Assembly: GCA_040954595.2 (NCBI GenBank)
Contig: CM082580.2
Location: 3,028,783 to 3,092,782 of the forward strand
Source of the DNA: Balanoglossus misakiensis
Taxonomy: Eukaryota; Animalia; Hemichordata
DNA length: 64,000 nt
Direction: 5' to 3'
The notes beneath the pieces are model-generated. The model saw only the letters and a program-made list of their open reading frames with translations, made no database searches and was not told the origin of the DNA. A program made the position numbers and the translations under genes. This document shows positions 33,439 to 46,400 of the stretch, one piece after another. How positions within the stretch are numbered: the first letter of the stretch is position 1; every line of letters starts with the position of its first letter.

Positions 33439-36043
33439 ATGGTAAGTTTATCGTTTAGGAACCTGAACACTACACATTATTGAGAAACCGAAGCATGGTG
33501 TCACCGCTGTTTGACATTTCCGTTAAAAACGCCAGGTTCTCATTCTTCTTTCGTGATGATCGCGTCTCGTTGAATCTGCGAAGGTCATGCGTTCATGGAT
33601 TCTTTTCCATGTGCTAGGGATACTCATCTGCATGGGGGCGGGTAGCGTGCACACAAGCATGGACATGTGCATGTGGTACAATGTTGCCACTGAACTGAAC
33701 TTCCGATGACTTTTGTTCCAAATTCTTTGTGCATCGATTTCACTAAAAAACTATTGTTGAGTGTATGAACTATCATTGCCAACACTTGGTCATTTGCCAC
33801 ATTTGATCACATTGGAGTTCAAAGAAGCATATCTTGAAGACTTGAGGGATTTAAAGTGCCACACTGAGACAATTATAAAAGCCGTCCAAAATTGTTTAAT
33901 GTTAACTTAACATCTTTTGCCAATTACATTGTAATTATATGTTTTCCAAATGAATACATTGACCCGTGCATTTCAGGCTTCATATGTGATTTTTTTTATT
34001 AGTAAAACATGCCCAAGGAGATGCATCCCCGGGATAAACCACTCTGCAATGATTGGATGATTTTGCCACTGTACTTTCATAATTGCTATGCATTTATGAT
34101 ATAATGCAGGAACTAATTTACTACCTTTGATAAACATCTTCTGCATTTGCGCAATGGGAAAATCAGTAAAATAATCCTAAAATGCTGCCAGGGGAGTACC
34201 ACATGCAGTATATCTTTTTTACTCAGAGTCATTGATAAGAAATGTATTTGGCTGTAATCATTGCAGATTGATGCATGAGTAAATAAAATACTTTTTTTCG
34301 TTAAATAGGACCTCCTCTCCCCTAAACAAGGCTTAAATAATGACAATTTTGAGCCAGTTACTTTTTTCCAAGTGATATATAAGTATCTATCAAATGGAAA
34401 TCACCATTGAGGCAAACATTAATTAAAAACAAGCAAATGAACAGAGATCTAATTCTAACCTGTAATTCCTGACTCTTTCTTTTAGAGTCTACTGAGGAGG
34501 TTTAAACCATTGCTGGATAGAGTGCTGGTGGAGAGGTTCGCCCCAGAAGTCAGAACAAAAGGAGGTATTATGTTACCAGAGAAAGCTATGGGTAAAGTGC
34601 TGGATGCAAAAGTTGTAGCAGTTGGACCAGGTCTCGCCAATGAGGTAATTTACTGTATTTATACCACGATTTGCTTCATGCCCATTGTTCAAACCATGCT
34701 ATAACACACCATGCAGCGAACGCCCGTTCGTGATTTGTCAATACGGCGTCACTTGACCTTAGTCATTTCGAACTGTTCCCTAGGGCATCAGTTCGATCGA
34801 TTTCTGCCCGGTACTGTTGCCCCGTCTTGATATAATTCCGTGTTTGGTGTGTTATAAAACACATGATGACTGACATATTCGGGCAACAGTGTATTTTTGA
34901 TGACCTCGGGACTGCCAGTCACACCAAAACAGTCTGTTTTCCCGAGGGCATACTGTTTTAGTTGTGACTAGCAGCGCCCTCGGTCATTAAAATACACTGT
35001 TGCCCGAATATGTCAGTCATCATGTGTATACTGCTTTATATTTCCCATAACCTATCGACTGGTCATTGCCATGTGATGTTCTTTTGTTTCTTTCTTTGTT
35101 AGAAAGTGTGCGGTTTACAAGTAAACCCACACTTTTTAACATCCACGTGGTCCCTCCATCACGACTTGGCCACGATCAATTTTTGGGTGAACTTTGACTT
35201 TTACGTACAAACTTAATTTTCACTGGATAAAAAAAAAAAACGGTGAAGGTCTATGCTGCGAATCGAACCCAGCCTCCACTATGAAATGTCCCTTCTCTCT
35301 CTGATACTCCACGAAGGAATGCTTTCATCATTGATTTTCTCATAGATTGTCATCCTAATGTGAAATCTGTTTAAACTCAATAGAAAACAGAGCAAAATAT
35401 TATTTCATTCATGATCTAATGAATGATTGATGGCTTAATTTGTAACTCCCAGTTTTCATATTTTGTATTTTGTAGACTGGTAAGATTACTCCATTGAGTG
35501 TATCTGTGGGCGACAGGGTACTTTTACCAGAATATGGTGGAACCAAGATTACATTAGATGAAAAAGTAAGTTTCTTTTCTTTTTCAAAGAGACCTGTGCA
35601 CTCAGTTCAGTAAAATATAATGCTACTTAATCTTCAATTATAAATATAACAATTAAACATTACTGAAAATTTAGGGAGAAATTTAACGAAAGTAAAGTTA
35701 AAACCACTGCTAACTTACTACAATAGGTTTGTAGATTTGGTCCTAAGTTTGCCATGTAGATTTGGAAGGAACATCTAGACAAATGCAAAAAATCTAACTA
35801 TTCTAAACATTGGTCTATTGGTCTATATATATTAGTCTATTGGTTTCTGTATCTCACAAACTACTAAATCTTCTCATCTGATTTTCTGGTCTCATGATCA
35901 GCCATACTATGAATGATATTGGGCTAGTACAATGGCAATAAAGCACCACAATATTCTAACTTGTTTTATTTTTTTCATTACAGGAGTATTATCTTTTCAG
36001 AAATGGAGATATTTTGGCAAAATACGAGGGCGAATCATCTTAA
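33439..36043 (+). CDS. HSPE1: 10 kDa mitochondrial co-chaperonin Hsp10, 4 exons, about 103 aa
   Basis: Exons 33439-33441 (ATG only, then GTAAGT), 34486-34644, 35476-35565, 35984-36043. Translation [34 protein letters not shown]...[34 protein letters not shown]. Confidence 0.96.
34859..35027. repeat. Palindromic (fold-back) repeat in HSPE1 intron 2
   Basis: ACACATGATGACTGACATATTCGGGCAACAGTGTATTTT is mirrored exactly at the right end, and the interior pairs imperfectly. Confidence 0.8.
35098..35320 (-). mobile_element. Dispersed repeat with a tRNA B-box-like motif; second copy at about 53531-53710
   Basis: Both copies share CACGATCAA.TTTGGGTGA, CTTTTACGTACAA and TCTCTCTGATACTCCACGA.GGAAT. The minus strand reads GGTTCGATTCG / GGTTCGTTTCC. 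Confidence 0.6.
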
Positions 36044-36522
36044 TGGTTCCAAAACAACGCATAAATTAATTACACAGATGGGTTTTTATATTTGTACCAT
36101 TACTTGGAAGTAGTGATGAAAACAGACACTGTACAAGACCAGCAAGTTTTTTGTCTTCCCTCAATAGCATTTATGTCCTTGTTGAACTCGCTATATGGAT
36201 TTCTTTTGGAATTTTTAGGCTTTTTTGTTACACAGTGTATTGTCAGGAGTTTACTAGAGCATTAAAATACATAGAATTGAAAAAAAGCATAACCAGCCAT
36301 GTGTAATTACTTGGGCAAAGACCCTTCTTTAATTTAAACTGTCTGTAGATGTCAAGTATAAGGGAATGAAAAAGTGGTCGACTGTGGGTGAGAGAATCTT
36401 TGAAGGAAATGATGCGGACAAGTTTTTTCTGCAACTTGAAAATTGGATCAAGTGTGAGGTACGATAGATACTGGCCCATATTTCTAGACAGTATGAGATG
36501 TGTGGAAGAATGCTTTATAATG

Positions 36523-36819
36523 AAAACGTGTAGCTCGTCTCACGCGCATGCGCGTAACTTCCCAGCAAATTTTCCGTTCGATGCATTCAATTAGTGGACT
36601 GTCTTAGCTTCCTTCCATATTTCATGCGCACCCTATAAGTAGATTCTGGTTTTGTCCCTCCTTTTCACCCAAGCTAGTGTCTTTTCCCAATATCCGACAC
36701 AGATTATGGTCGCCGCCATCTTGTGTGAGCACTGCCTTATGGGATTGACTGTTCACGAAAACGTCTGTAACCAGCGGCTACAGTTGGAACATGCGTGTGA
36801 GACGAGCTACGCGCTTTAA
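36523..36819. mobile_element. Kolobok-like MITE, inverse copy of 57092-57401
   Basis: TIR GTAGCTCGTCTCACRCGCATG, and the right end is GCGCT-TTAA. Confidence 0.8.
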
Positions 36820-39107
36820 GTGTTACCCAGCCAATGCTGTGCTTTCTTCACATACAGTCATCACACAGTCTTCCTATCATACAGAGGCGGGAAATGTTAA
36901 TAAGAAAAAGATCACATGGAATGGATATTGCAAAACACTGCTTAAGTTTCTAAATGTTTTCTAGGCAGACAGCAACCCTGGCAAAGCAAGTGATTTGGCC
37001 TACAAAACCTGAATTTAGAATAATATGCAATACAAGGCCTTACTTCATACTACAGTACCGTGAGTGTGTCAAAGGTCCCACTTTCTTCCATAATACACAC
37101 ACCAAAAAAGGTTTCACAATTGTCGCTTTTAACAGGTAGATGCCTCGCACCCAAGTGGTCTTGCATGTGCAGGTCAGTCTCGAGTTGGCTTCACATGTTT
37201 GTGGTCCTGCAGCAATCTCATTTATTCATATTTCTTAAAGTGCGATGATCAATGGGTAGCTTTAATGATGTACAATAACATTAGTTTGTGTTTGTGGCCC
37301 TAACACAACACTAACATAGGGGTCTCGTATAGTGTCGAAATTCCTTGTGGCTTCATTTGATACATTGCACCTATATGTGTGTATGTACCGGTATGTATGC
37401 AAAAACTTGAAAACCGCTGCGCGTATCACCTTGATATTTGGTGTGTAGATGCATGCTGGGCTGTAGATGGGAATTTGTTCAAATGAAGTTGTCATTGCCA
37501 AAAATATGCAAATTAGCTGGGAAAATGTGAATTTGGTCAAAACTATACAACCACTGGTCAGATTAATTTGAAAATTGGTATGCATGTACGTTCAAGGTTT
37601 GAGAAATTTCCAGGATTGAGGAGAGTGGTGGGGCAAATCATTAAAGAATGGCAGAACAGATGTTGGGGAAATAGATTGGGGATAGAGTATAGTTTAAGAG
37701 GACAGAGATTAGAAATGGGAAGGCAGATTTATAGTAGGATTTATAGAGGGGGAAGAAATTTTATACTTGATCTGAAAGTAACACCACTGGTGCAAAAATG
37801 ATTGATACTGAGATAACAGCTGATACATTTGTCTATGAAACACGCACAATATTACAGAAATGAAGATATCTTGATAACATGGTGACAAGAAGTTTATTTC
37901 ACAAGCTTGTATCATGACAAATGACAGTACACTTGTTTTTCTTTCTTTCTAATCATTGGCACTCATAGGGCTAGCATGGCAAAACCATTCCTATCTTATC
38001 CCACTTACCGGTACCTAAGGTTGGAAATGTTACGCCAACAACCATCTATGTTACCTGTAAAATGCCCTTCAATAAAATGGTGGGATGGTAGGAAACCTTT
38101 CTTGACTCTATAATCATATTGAACTGCATGGCAGACTATTAAAACCACACTACCATTTCAACCAGAGGAAAAAAAGGGCATGCAACAGGTAACTTTAGTC
38201 AAATATTACACAGATCAAGTTAAGGCAAATTCTCCTTCAAATAACTTCTGTACCAGTAGGGTAGACCTGCGATCAACAAATAGTGTTCCTTGGAGTCCCC
38301 CCCCTCCCTGAAAAAACAACAACACCTCAAGTGTTCATAAATAAAATGACACAATTTTCACAAATCTGACTTAGATCTAGATTTACACAATGGAGGCACG
38401 GATGACATGAACAGCCAGCCAATCTTATAAGCTCATACACCCTTTTCATAAGTCTAGCGCCCTAACAGAGCCATCATGAATTTGAACTGAAAGCGAGGCC
38501 TAAGGGGAAAGTTGCCTAATCATATCGTGTGGTTTCCCCATTGGCCTCGCTTTGAGTTTAAATTCATGACAGCTGTGTGAAGGCAGCTAGAGATATGAAA
38601 AAGGTGTGTTATCATTGACAACAGAGCTAAAAGTGGAAATGGAAAATCCAAGGAAAAGTATTTGCTTCTCGCTGGTCTAATATAATCACGCTTGCATAGA
38701 TCAATACTAGGCAAAATTCACCATGGAAAAGAACACGTGAAAGAAGTCTTCAAGAAAGAGTAACACTGAATATTATACACCAAAACCAACTGCACAAGGA
38801 TTACTATTGATTCAAAATTTGATCAGAATTCTACTTTTTAAATATCACCTGACAATTTTAGTTTCATTCTAAAACGTGCAAAACATCAAATTCTGAAGAA
38901 CATGAACTTGTTTCCATTATATTACATGTACCAGAAATACTCCTTGCTACAATACATACTACCAGTATACTCTGCGGATTATAACATTTCCACAGATGTA
39001 TTTATCTTCAAAGTAAGGTTCTTGTATACACTGTATTAATCAGCATAATTATTGATCAGCCATAAAACATGGGGAGAGTAGAACCAAACACACAGAGATA
39101 CAGGCAC

Positions 39108-39269
39108 TACAGTAAAACCCGACTAAACTGGACACCATAGAGCTTGAGAATGTTGTTCGATTTGCAGGCATCTGGTTTATACAGGTTCTTGGTTTTATGT
39201 GAAATGAACCGGATAGGGTGTTCGGTATAGAAAGTTTTCTAGAGTTCAGTTTAGAGAGGTTTTACTGTA
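39108..39269. mobile_element. Tc1/mariner-type MITE
   Basis: TA-CAGTAAAACCCGACTAAACTG...CAGTTTAGAGAGGTTTTACTG-TA, imperfect TIRs. Confidence 0.65.
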
Positions 39270-40424
39270 TAAACTGTACCAAGGACTGACATTTCCTTTT
39301 CAATGATTTGCCTATCTATTGTCAATATGAGGTAGCTCATGGAAAAACCTCCAGAAGGACACTATCTCATAATAATAGGGAAGTTAACAATTTCAGGTGG
39401 GTTGTGTCTGACACAGTTTTGTCAAATTCTGAAAACAGCTGCAAATTGGTCTTTTAATGACATTGCACTTGTTTGTCTCTTAAGATCGTATGTTGTCATT
39501 TACAGGGGCCAAAATGTCTGCTGGCATTTCTTCACTTCAGTTCTGCTGGTACTAGTCCTACACTTTCTGTTCAGGTTTGATTATCAAGGAAAAGTATTTC
39601 TCACAACAATTTGATGTCATGCATTATAATCATACGCTTGGAACTTACCTGACCTTTGACCTCCAATAGAGAACAATAGCATTATGAGTAAGACAACTGT
39701 TTCTATCAAAGGTCACAAAGTCAAAAAGCCTCATACCCGACTATTCAAGTTACATGCCTGTTATAAAGCTTTAGCTCCTATTAAAGCTCAATAAATCAAC
39801 ATTTTAGAGAACTACATGTGAGATTGCTTTCCTGGCAAACCAAGCACCAAACAAAGGCATATCACAAACCAAGCTACTCATGTCCTGAGTGTAACATTGT
39901 TCTGAAAATAGACAAGCATGATTACTGACTAAACTGAAGTGCACTTCTCAGGTACACACCTATCCATAAACAAGTAAATAATCAGCTTCAAAATTTGTTT
40001 ACTTAGAATAGAAAACAAAGAAATGAAGTATCAGTGAGTATACATGAACAAATGAAACAATGGAACCCAAGATCACCAAGTGTTGACTATGCCCCTTTAA
40101 ACTACAAAATCAGTAGTACAAACATATAAGTTATTTGATCATAAGAGACTGACATCTGGGAGTGTGGTAATATTACACGTGTACTTGTCAGACAGAAATT
40201 TGCAAATCTTACAGGAACATCAGATGTGTATTTCAGAACTGAAAATCAACTAAAAAATTATTTTGTTTCTTAGACAGGTCATTACACCCTTTTTTGAAAA
40301 CACAATTGATTATTTTCAGCATGAATAAAACCAGAATAACACAACAAACAGCTGCTTTAATTTTATCTTCATCCCTCACTTTCACTTTCTCCTTGAAACA
40401 GCAAAAAGTCTCAGAAACTTTCAA

Positions 40425-43400
40425 TTATTTGGTACCAACAAGCTCTTTAAGACCAATCGTTGTGTGAGATTTCGGACGTTCTATTGGCAGACCCATCGCT
40501 CTTGACCAAATGTAGGATGACATACAACCAAGGGCACGCGACACACCAAATAAAACTGTGTAGTAGTTCATTTCATGCATACCATAGTGCTGAAATAAAT
40601 TGAAAGAGAATAATGTTAAAAATGTCACAATGGCTGCTCCTTCAGTAAATGATTCATGCCTGCTGTCTAGCTTGTGACAACTTCTCGAAATCATCAATAA
40701 TATTTGGCTGAAAATATGGTTTGACCCCTAAAAAATTGCATCAGAAGGTTTCTCAACAGTTTTCTGTGGTACTGAATCTCCTTTAATAACATAAGTATGT
40801 CACCATGGTTCATTTTGAGATAGCTGTTCAGATATTTTCACCATAAGAAAACTGTAGCATGAGGTGTGCAAGAAAAGTGCTGACTCAGCATTGTCCACAA
40901 GGTTTTAGACCATCTTATTTTTAAAATGTTGCATAGGAACTCCCAATTTCTCTCTATTTTTGTTTTAAAAATTCATTGATATACAATATATTTTAAAAAC
41001 AAGAAAATTACAATATTATAAAATATGGAAAAATTAAGTATGTGGCAGCCATCTTGAGTAAAACCTTAAAAATTTCCAGTCGTGAGATTTTAGTAGATTT
41101 TTTGTATGTTACATGTATTAAGGAGATTCAATACTACAGAAAACCATTGAGAAACCTTTTGTTGCAATATTTTAGGGTAAGGTCCTTTTACATAAGTGCA
41201 GCCGACTATATAAACTGCATTCATAGAATAAAAAACTCACAGAGAGAAAACAAAAAGAACTTACAGTGAGGAGAACACCACTGTGGGCATCCACATTGGG
41301 CCATGGATTTTTGGCCTTGCCTTGTTCAATCAGAATATCAGGAACCATTGTAAACAACTGAGATACAAGTCTGAATAGCTTGTCTTCAGGCATGTGTTTC
41401 AAGGCAAATTCACGCTGTACTAGATAACGTGGATCGGTCTGGCGAAGAACAGCATGGCCATAACCCGGTACAACCTGTCATAAAACACACATGCAACAGT
41501 CAGACTCCAAGTCTCTTTTCATAAAAAAACATACACAACAAGAAACAATCCATGTAAATGGCATCTCTGTCGCATAAAAAATAACACTGGAAGAACTTAG
41601 AAATAATGTTAAAGAAATCAATTGGAGAAACTTATCAAAGCGACGCTAATTTGATTGACAGACATAGGAAGTTCGAATGTCTTACCAAAATCTGGTAATA
41701 CCACTTGAGGGTGTTTACAGAATCGGCAAGACTGTGTGATTAGCGTCGCATCAACAGGAGGTTCTATACGTAACGCGGACGAGCATTTCAGTATCACACA
41801 GTCTTGGAGCAAGACTAAGTATCAGCTTGCACAAGTAATGGGGGGGGGGGGGGCTGTCAGAAAGTCTACTCTGAACCAGTGAAATATATATATTCAGAAA
41901 ATTCTCACCTGTCCTGATTTCAGTGTATTCCAAATATAGTCTCTAAGGAATTCATCAGAAACATCCACACCAATTTCTTGTTGAAGGCCTTCTAGCCACA
42001 ACAACACTTCCTAAATTTTGCAAAGAAAACAACACAGAATCTTACTTTATCAGTAACACAAAATAAGATAAAAGGCTGTAGTGATGGTAATGAAATGATG
42101 TATACATGTATACAAGAGCAATATTAACCTATGGGTTTAGCAATAGCAGGGCAGTCCAACAAGGGATACTGTTGAATTTTGTTTTACAAGAAACCAAAAC
42201 TCCTAATTATTAATCTCACATACAATTAAATATCATATGACCACATTTAAAAACCTTCAGTACGACAGCCTTCTACATAGAAGTTTACTGTATATTTGGC
42301 TCAAGAAGAGCAATTGGTTGGTGTTTTATAGCAAATACATTGTATCTTACATACCTGGTTAGCTAAACCATGAAGAGGACCAGCTAAACCATTCATACCA
42401 GCAGCAAAAGCAAGGTATGGATCAGACAATGCACTGCCAACTAAATGACATGTGTGTGCACTAACATTACCACCTTCATGATCACTGGAAAATAAAGTCA
42501 AATGAAATAGCAAACTCTGTTAAAAAGAGTTTCATTTGGTGGTATAAACATCTTACAAACTGAAACAGCAAGATGTCTAATGTGTAACATTTGTGTGTGA
42601 GGTGTAGTTGAGAAAAAGTTAGTCTTCAGCTCTGATTACTGAAGGTTACGCATGCACAGATTTTTATGCATCAATGATTTGCATACTCACGTGGTGGAAA
42701 GTCTCTCACCTCACGAGAATTCACACATTTTCACTGATATGTTTACAAAATGTTTAACCCTAACGCTGCTAAGTCAGTTGAAATTGATTTGATTTCCAGG
42801 GTGCCTAGAATCCTGACTCTCAGGCCTGTGTTAGACTGCCAAGCGAGTGTTACTCAGTAGGGCCTATACAAGACCCTAAAACCAAACAAGTACAATTTGG
42901 TACATTTTACAGGGGGCGCAGACTGCCAAGTGTAAGTACATATGAGAGCCATGTCAAGACAGTCAAAATACGTTTTAGAAGAAAAAGTGGCAAATACGTA
43001 TTTGAAGGGACTTGACACTCTAAACAGGTATGACACCCAGTAGCATTAGGGTTAATGTTGGGTATCTCAAACATTTCATAGCCATTCTTTATATAAAAGT
43101 CAGACAAGAGCTTCAACCCTTTCAATAATTGATCTTTACACTTCCAATGAAATGCTACATTCCTCAACATCACAGCTTTCCAAAAATCTACATTAATGGG
43201 TGGCTTATTTTTGTCAAACTATTTTTCAAGATAGCCATCAGATTCAATTCAATCAACACTGAATTCAGATTGACTAGGGCGAATTGTTTATCATCATATC
43301 AGCTATCAACTGAAAAATAACTAGGTGCGAATCATAGTGCCGGATTTTTGCGGATTTACAGCCATCATGACATGAAAGAAAATGCTGCAGTTGCACAATG

Positions 43401-46400
43401 TCTATGGTGAGACACTGATGTGGACATCATGGTAGCCTGTTCAGGCATTCGATGCAAAATGGGGTTGGCAATCATTTGGACAAAGGGCTTGGAGATTTGA
43501 CTCGCACACATATGGCCATGCATTGAAGTGGGTGAATGAAATCATCTGAACATAGTATATAATAAGTCAGTTTCCAGACTTCTCACTGTTTCAGTTACTG
43601 TTTTAGTCTGTAAGATGTTCCAACATTTACTAAAGTTTACAATTAACAGGGTAAATCTAAGAACAAAGAAACAAACATAATCTAGTAATTAACCAATATA
43701 CATCATCTCAGCATTTAATAAACTATCACTAAGACTGCAATATAATTCTGAAGCATCCTAAGCTGGAGAGTGGCAAAAGAAAATCTCTTTTGACCTTTAA
43801 CTGGTTGCGAGAACAGTTTAAGTCATCTATGGGATTACCAGCATGATTCAGTCACTTAAAGGTATATACAAGTGAAGTATTTTTGTCAATTACTGGACAT
43901 TCAATTTATGACTAAACTTGGATGGCCAGATAGACAGATACACAGCTCTAACTGTTTGTCATTCAATGGGCAAATGACCCTAACTCACCTGTGAATGGTC
44001 AGATAGAGTCTGATGACTTCAGTGAACATGGGATCCTCATATCCCAGCATGGAAGTGAAGTTTTGCGACCAATCTTTCTCTGTGTCAATAGCACCGATTG
44101 ACGTGCCTTCTTTGTATAAATTACGATATATGGTAGCTGCTATAGTTGGTAACTTGGCAATCAAGTCCATGGCATCTTCATAAGCGTACTGTTGGTAGAG
44201 AACAAACATCATACGTGGTAGGCCTCCCTAGTAATACATTATGCATTCAAAACCACTTGAATGTTTCTGTAGAATCACCTTAAATATCATTTTCACTTTT
44301 CCGGCCATGATACTACTGTAAAACATGTTATTTTCGCGACAGGAAATTTTCGCGATATCAAAAGAGGCAACTGTTTCGCGAGTATCAATTTTCGCGTTCT
44401 CTTATTTCATTTACTGCATCGTTTTCTCAGAGAAAAAAAATTACGCAACTTTTATTTTCACGTAATTTTGGCTCTCGCGTTGCCGTATTTTTCGAAAATT
44501 TATTGCTCGCAAAAATAACATGTTTTACAGTATGTGCTCAAACATAAAGCAAACCGTGTACAAACTTATTCAGATAAATGAAAAAAAAAAAAAATTTTGG
44601 GGGGTAATCTCAGACATACTATTACAGCTTTAAATTCCAAATCAGAAATGACTTACAACCCGTCATCAGACATATCCGATACTTATCATGTGAGAATTAT
44701 TTCCATATCTCACTTACCTGCCAGAAATCACCCTTAGGTGCTTTATCAGCATAGGCTTTAGCAAACTTGCTTTCGGAATTGAGTGCAGTAATTGCAGCAC
44801 TAAACTGTGACATTGGATGTAATGAACTGGGAAAGTTATTCAGCATGGTGACCACATGTGATGGTAGGTCAGCCCTATTTGCCCATTCCTTGGAGATTGC
44901 TTTCACCTGATGAAAGCAATTAGAGACACAAGAATTAATTTTATCTATACGAAGAAAGTTGAAGTTAAAGAAATCTTATATACTGTAAAATGGGAAATTT
45001 TTGCGACACAGAATTTTTTTGCAATATCAACAGAGACAACTATTCCGCGATGATTAATTTTCAAATGTCTTGACGTTCTGGATAGTTGAATACATCACAC
45101 TCAAATGACTATCTTGAAACTGATACTTGAAATAAAAGAATGGTGTAATTACCTGTGCTTCTGTTGGGACATTGCCTGTACACAATAACCAAAACAATCC
45201 CTCTGGTAAAGGCTCTTCTCCACCAGGTGCTTTGGGAAGAAGATCTTGGCATTGTGGGATTGTATAGCCACGGAATTCAATGCCTAATTCTGGATCAAGA
45301 TGTGACGTTTCACAGACAAGACCTTTAATACCACGCATACCACCATACATCTAAGAGTTAAATTGGTAACAACAAGATAACATTTATATTTCACCAAAGA
45401 AAAAAACACAAGGCAATTTAATCTCATCGCTTAAAATATTTGTACATGTAGGTTTTTTTTAAGGACCATGAAAATAGTCCATAAAGACTCAACTAGTCCA
45501 TGTCCCCAATATCTGAAGGAATATTTTACAAAACAACCATACCTGCAATGAGACAGACAGGTGACAGCAAGTGAGTTGAGAAATTGTAATACAATGTATA
45601 ATTAATAAGCTTCAGCCAACGATATGAAATTTTGCAAGCTGTTTTTCACTTCACAATTCACAATTAGACTAGAAGATGGAGTGCCCTCAAGCGAAGCATT
45701 TTCCACTCTAAATCAATGATCAGCTTTGTCTGATGTGTGAAGGACTTTTTTAGGTCAAAGGCTATATGTCATGACCTATATTATATATATACAAACTTAC
45801 CATGTCAACTGTCACGTTTCCAACAACTTTATTTCCATATTCTTTGCGGAAATCCCTGACTTCTGCTATATGCTTTGGGATCAAGTCTGCCATAACCTCT
45901 TTGAGATCCTAAAATGTCAAATTTGACAATTTACAAAGCAAGTCTCCGATGACTGTCATGTTTTTCTATTGTCGTGCCATGCTTATTTTACAAACTTTAC
46001 AAAACAGTTACTTTTCTCACTAGCATCATACATCATTTAATTTTAGGTAAGGAAAGAAAGTATTTCAAAATTAAAAATTAGTCATACTTACTGTAGAGTC
46101 TGAATTGTGTCTCAAACTAATTGAGATGGCAGGTACTGTCTGAAACTAAAGAAAACAAGTAACACATGGTCAATGGTGTAGTTCCTGACATCATCAGATT
46201 TAGAAGACCCAGTGAGGAAGTTGTGCTGGAATGAAATTGATCAAGGCGAGTGAGCAAACATATTCTGGAAATGGTTAGGAGCCAGTTCAGTGCGTGACGA
46301 CTGAAACTCTATATTTCACTGGACACCGAAATGTATAAGACATGGAAACAAGTTGCAGTTAAATTGTTAGAGAATAGAAAACATTTGAGTAAAGGTCCCA

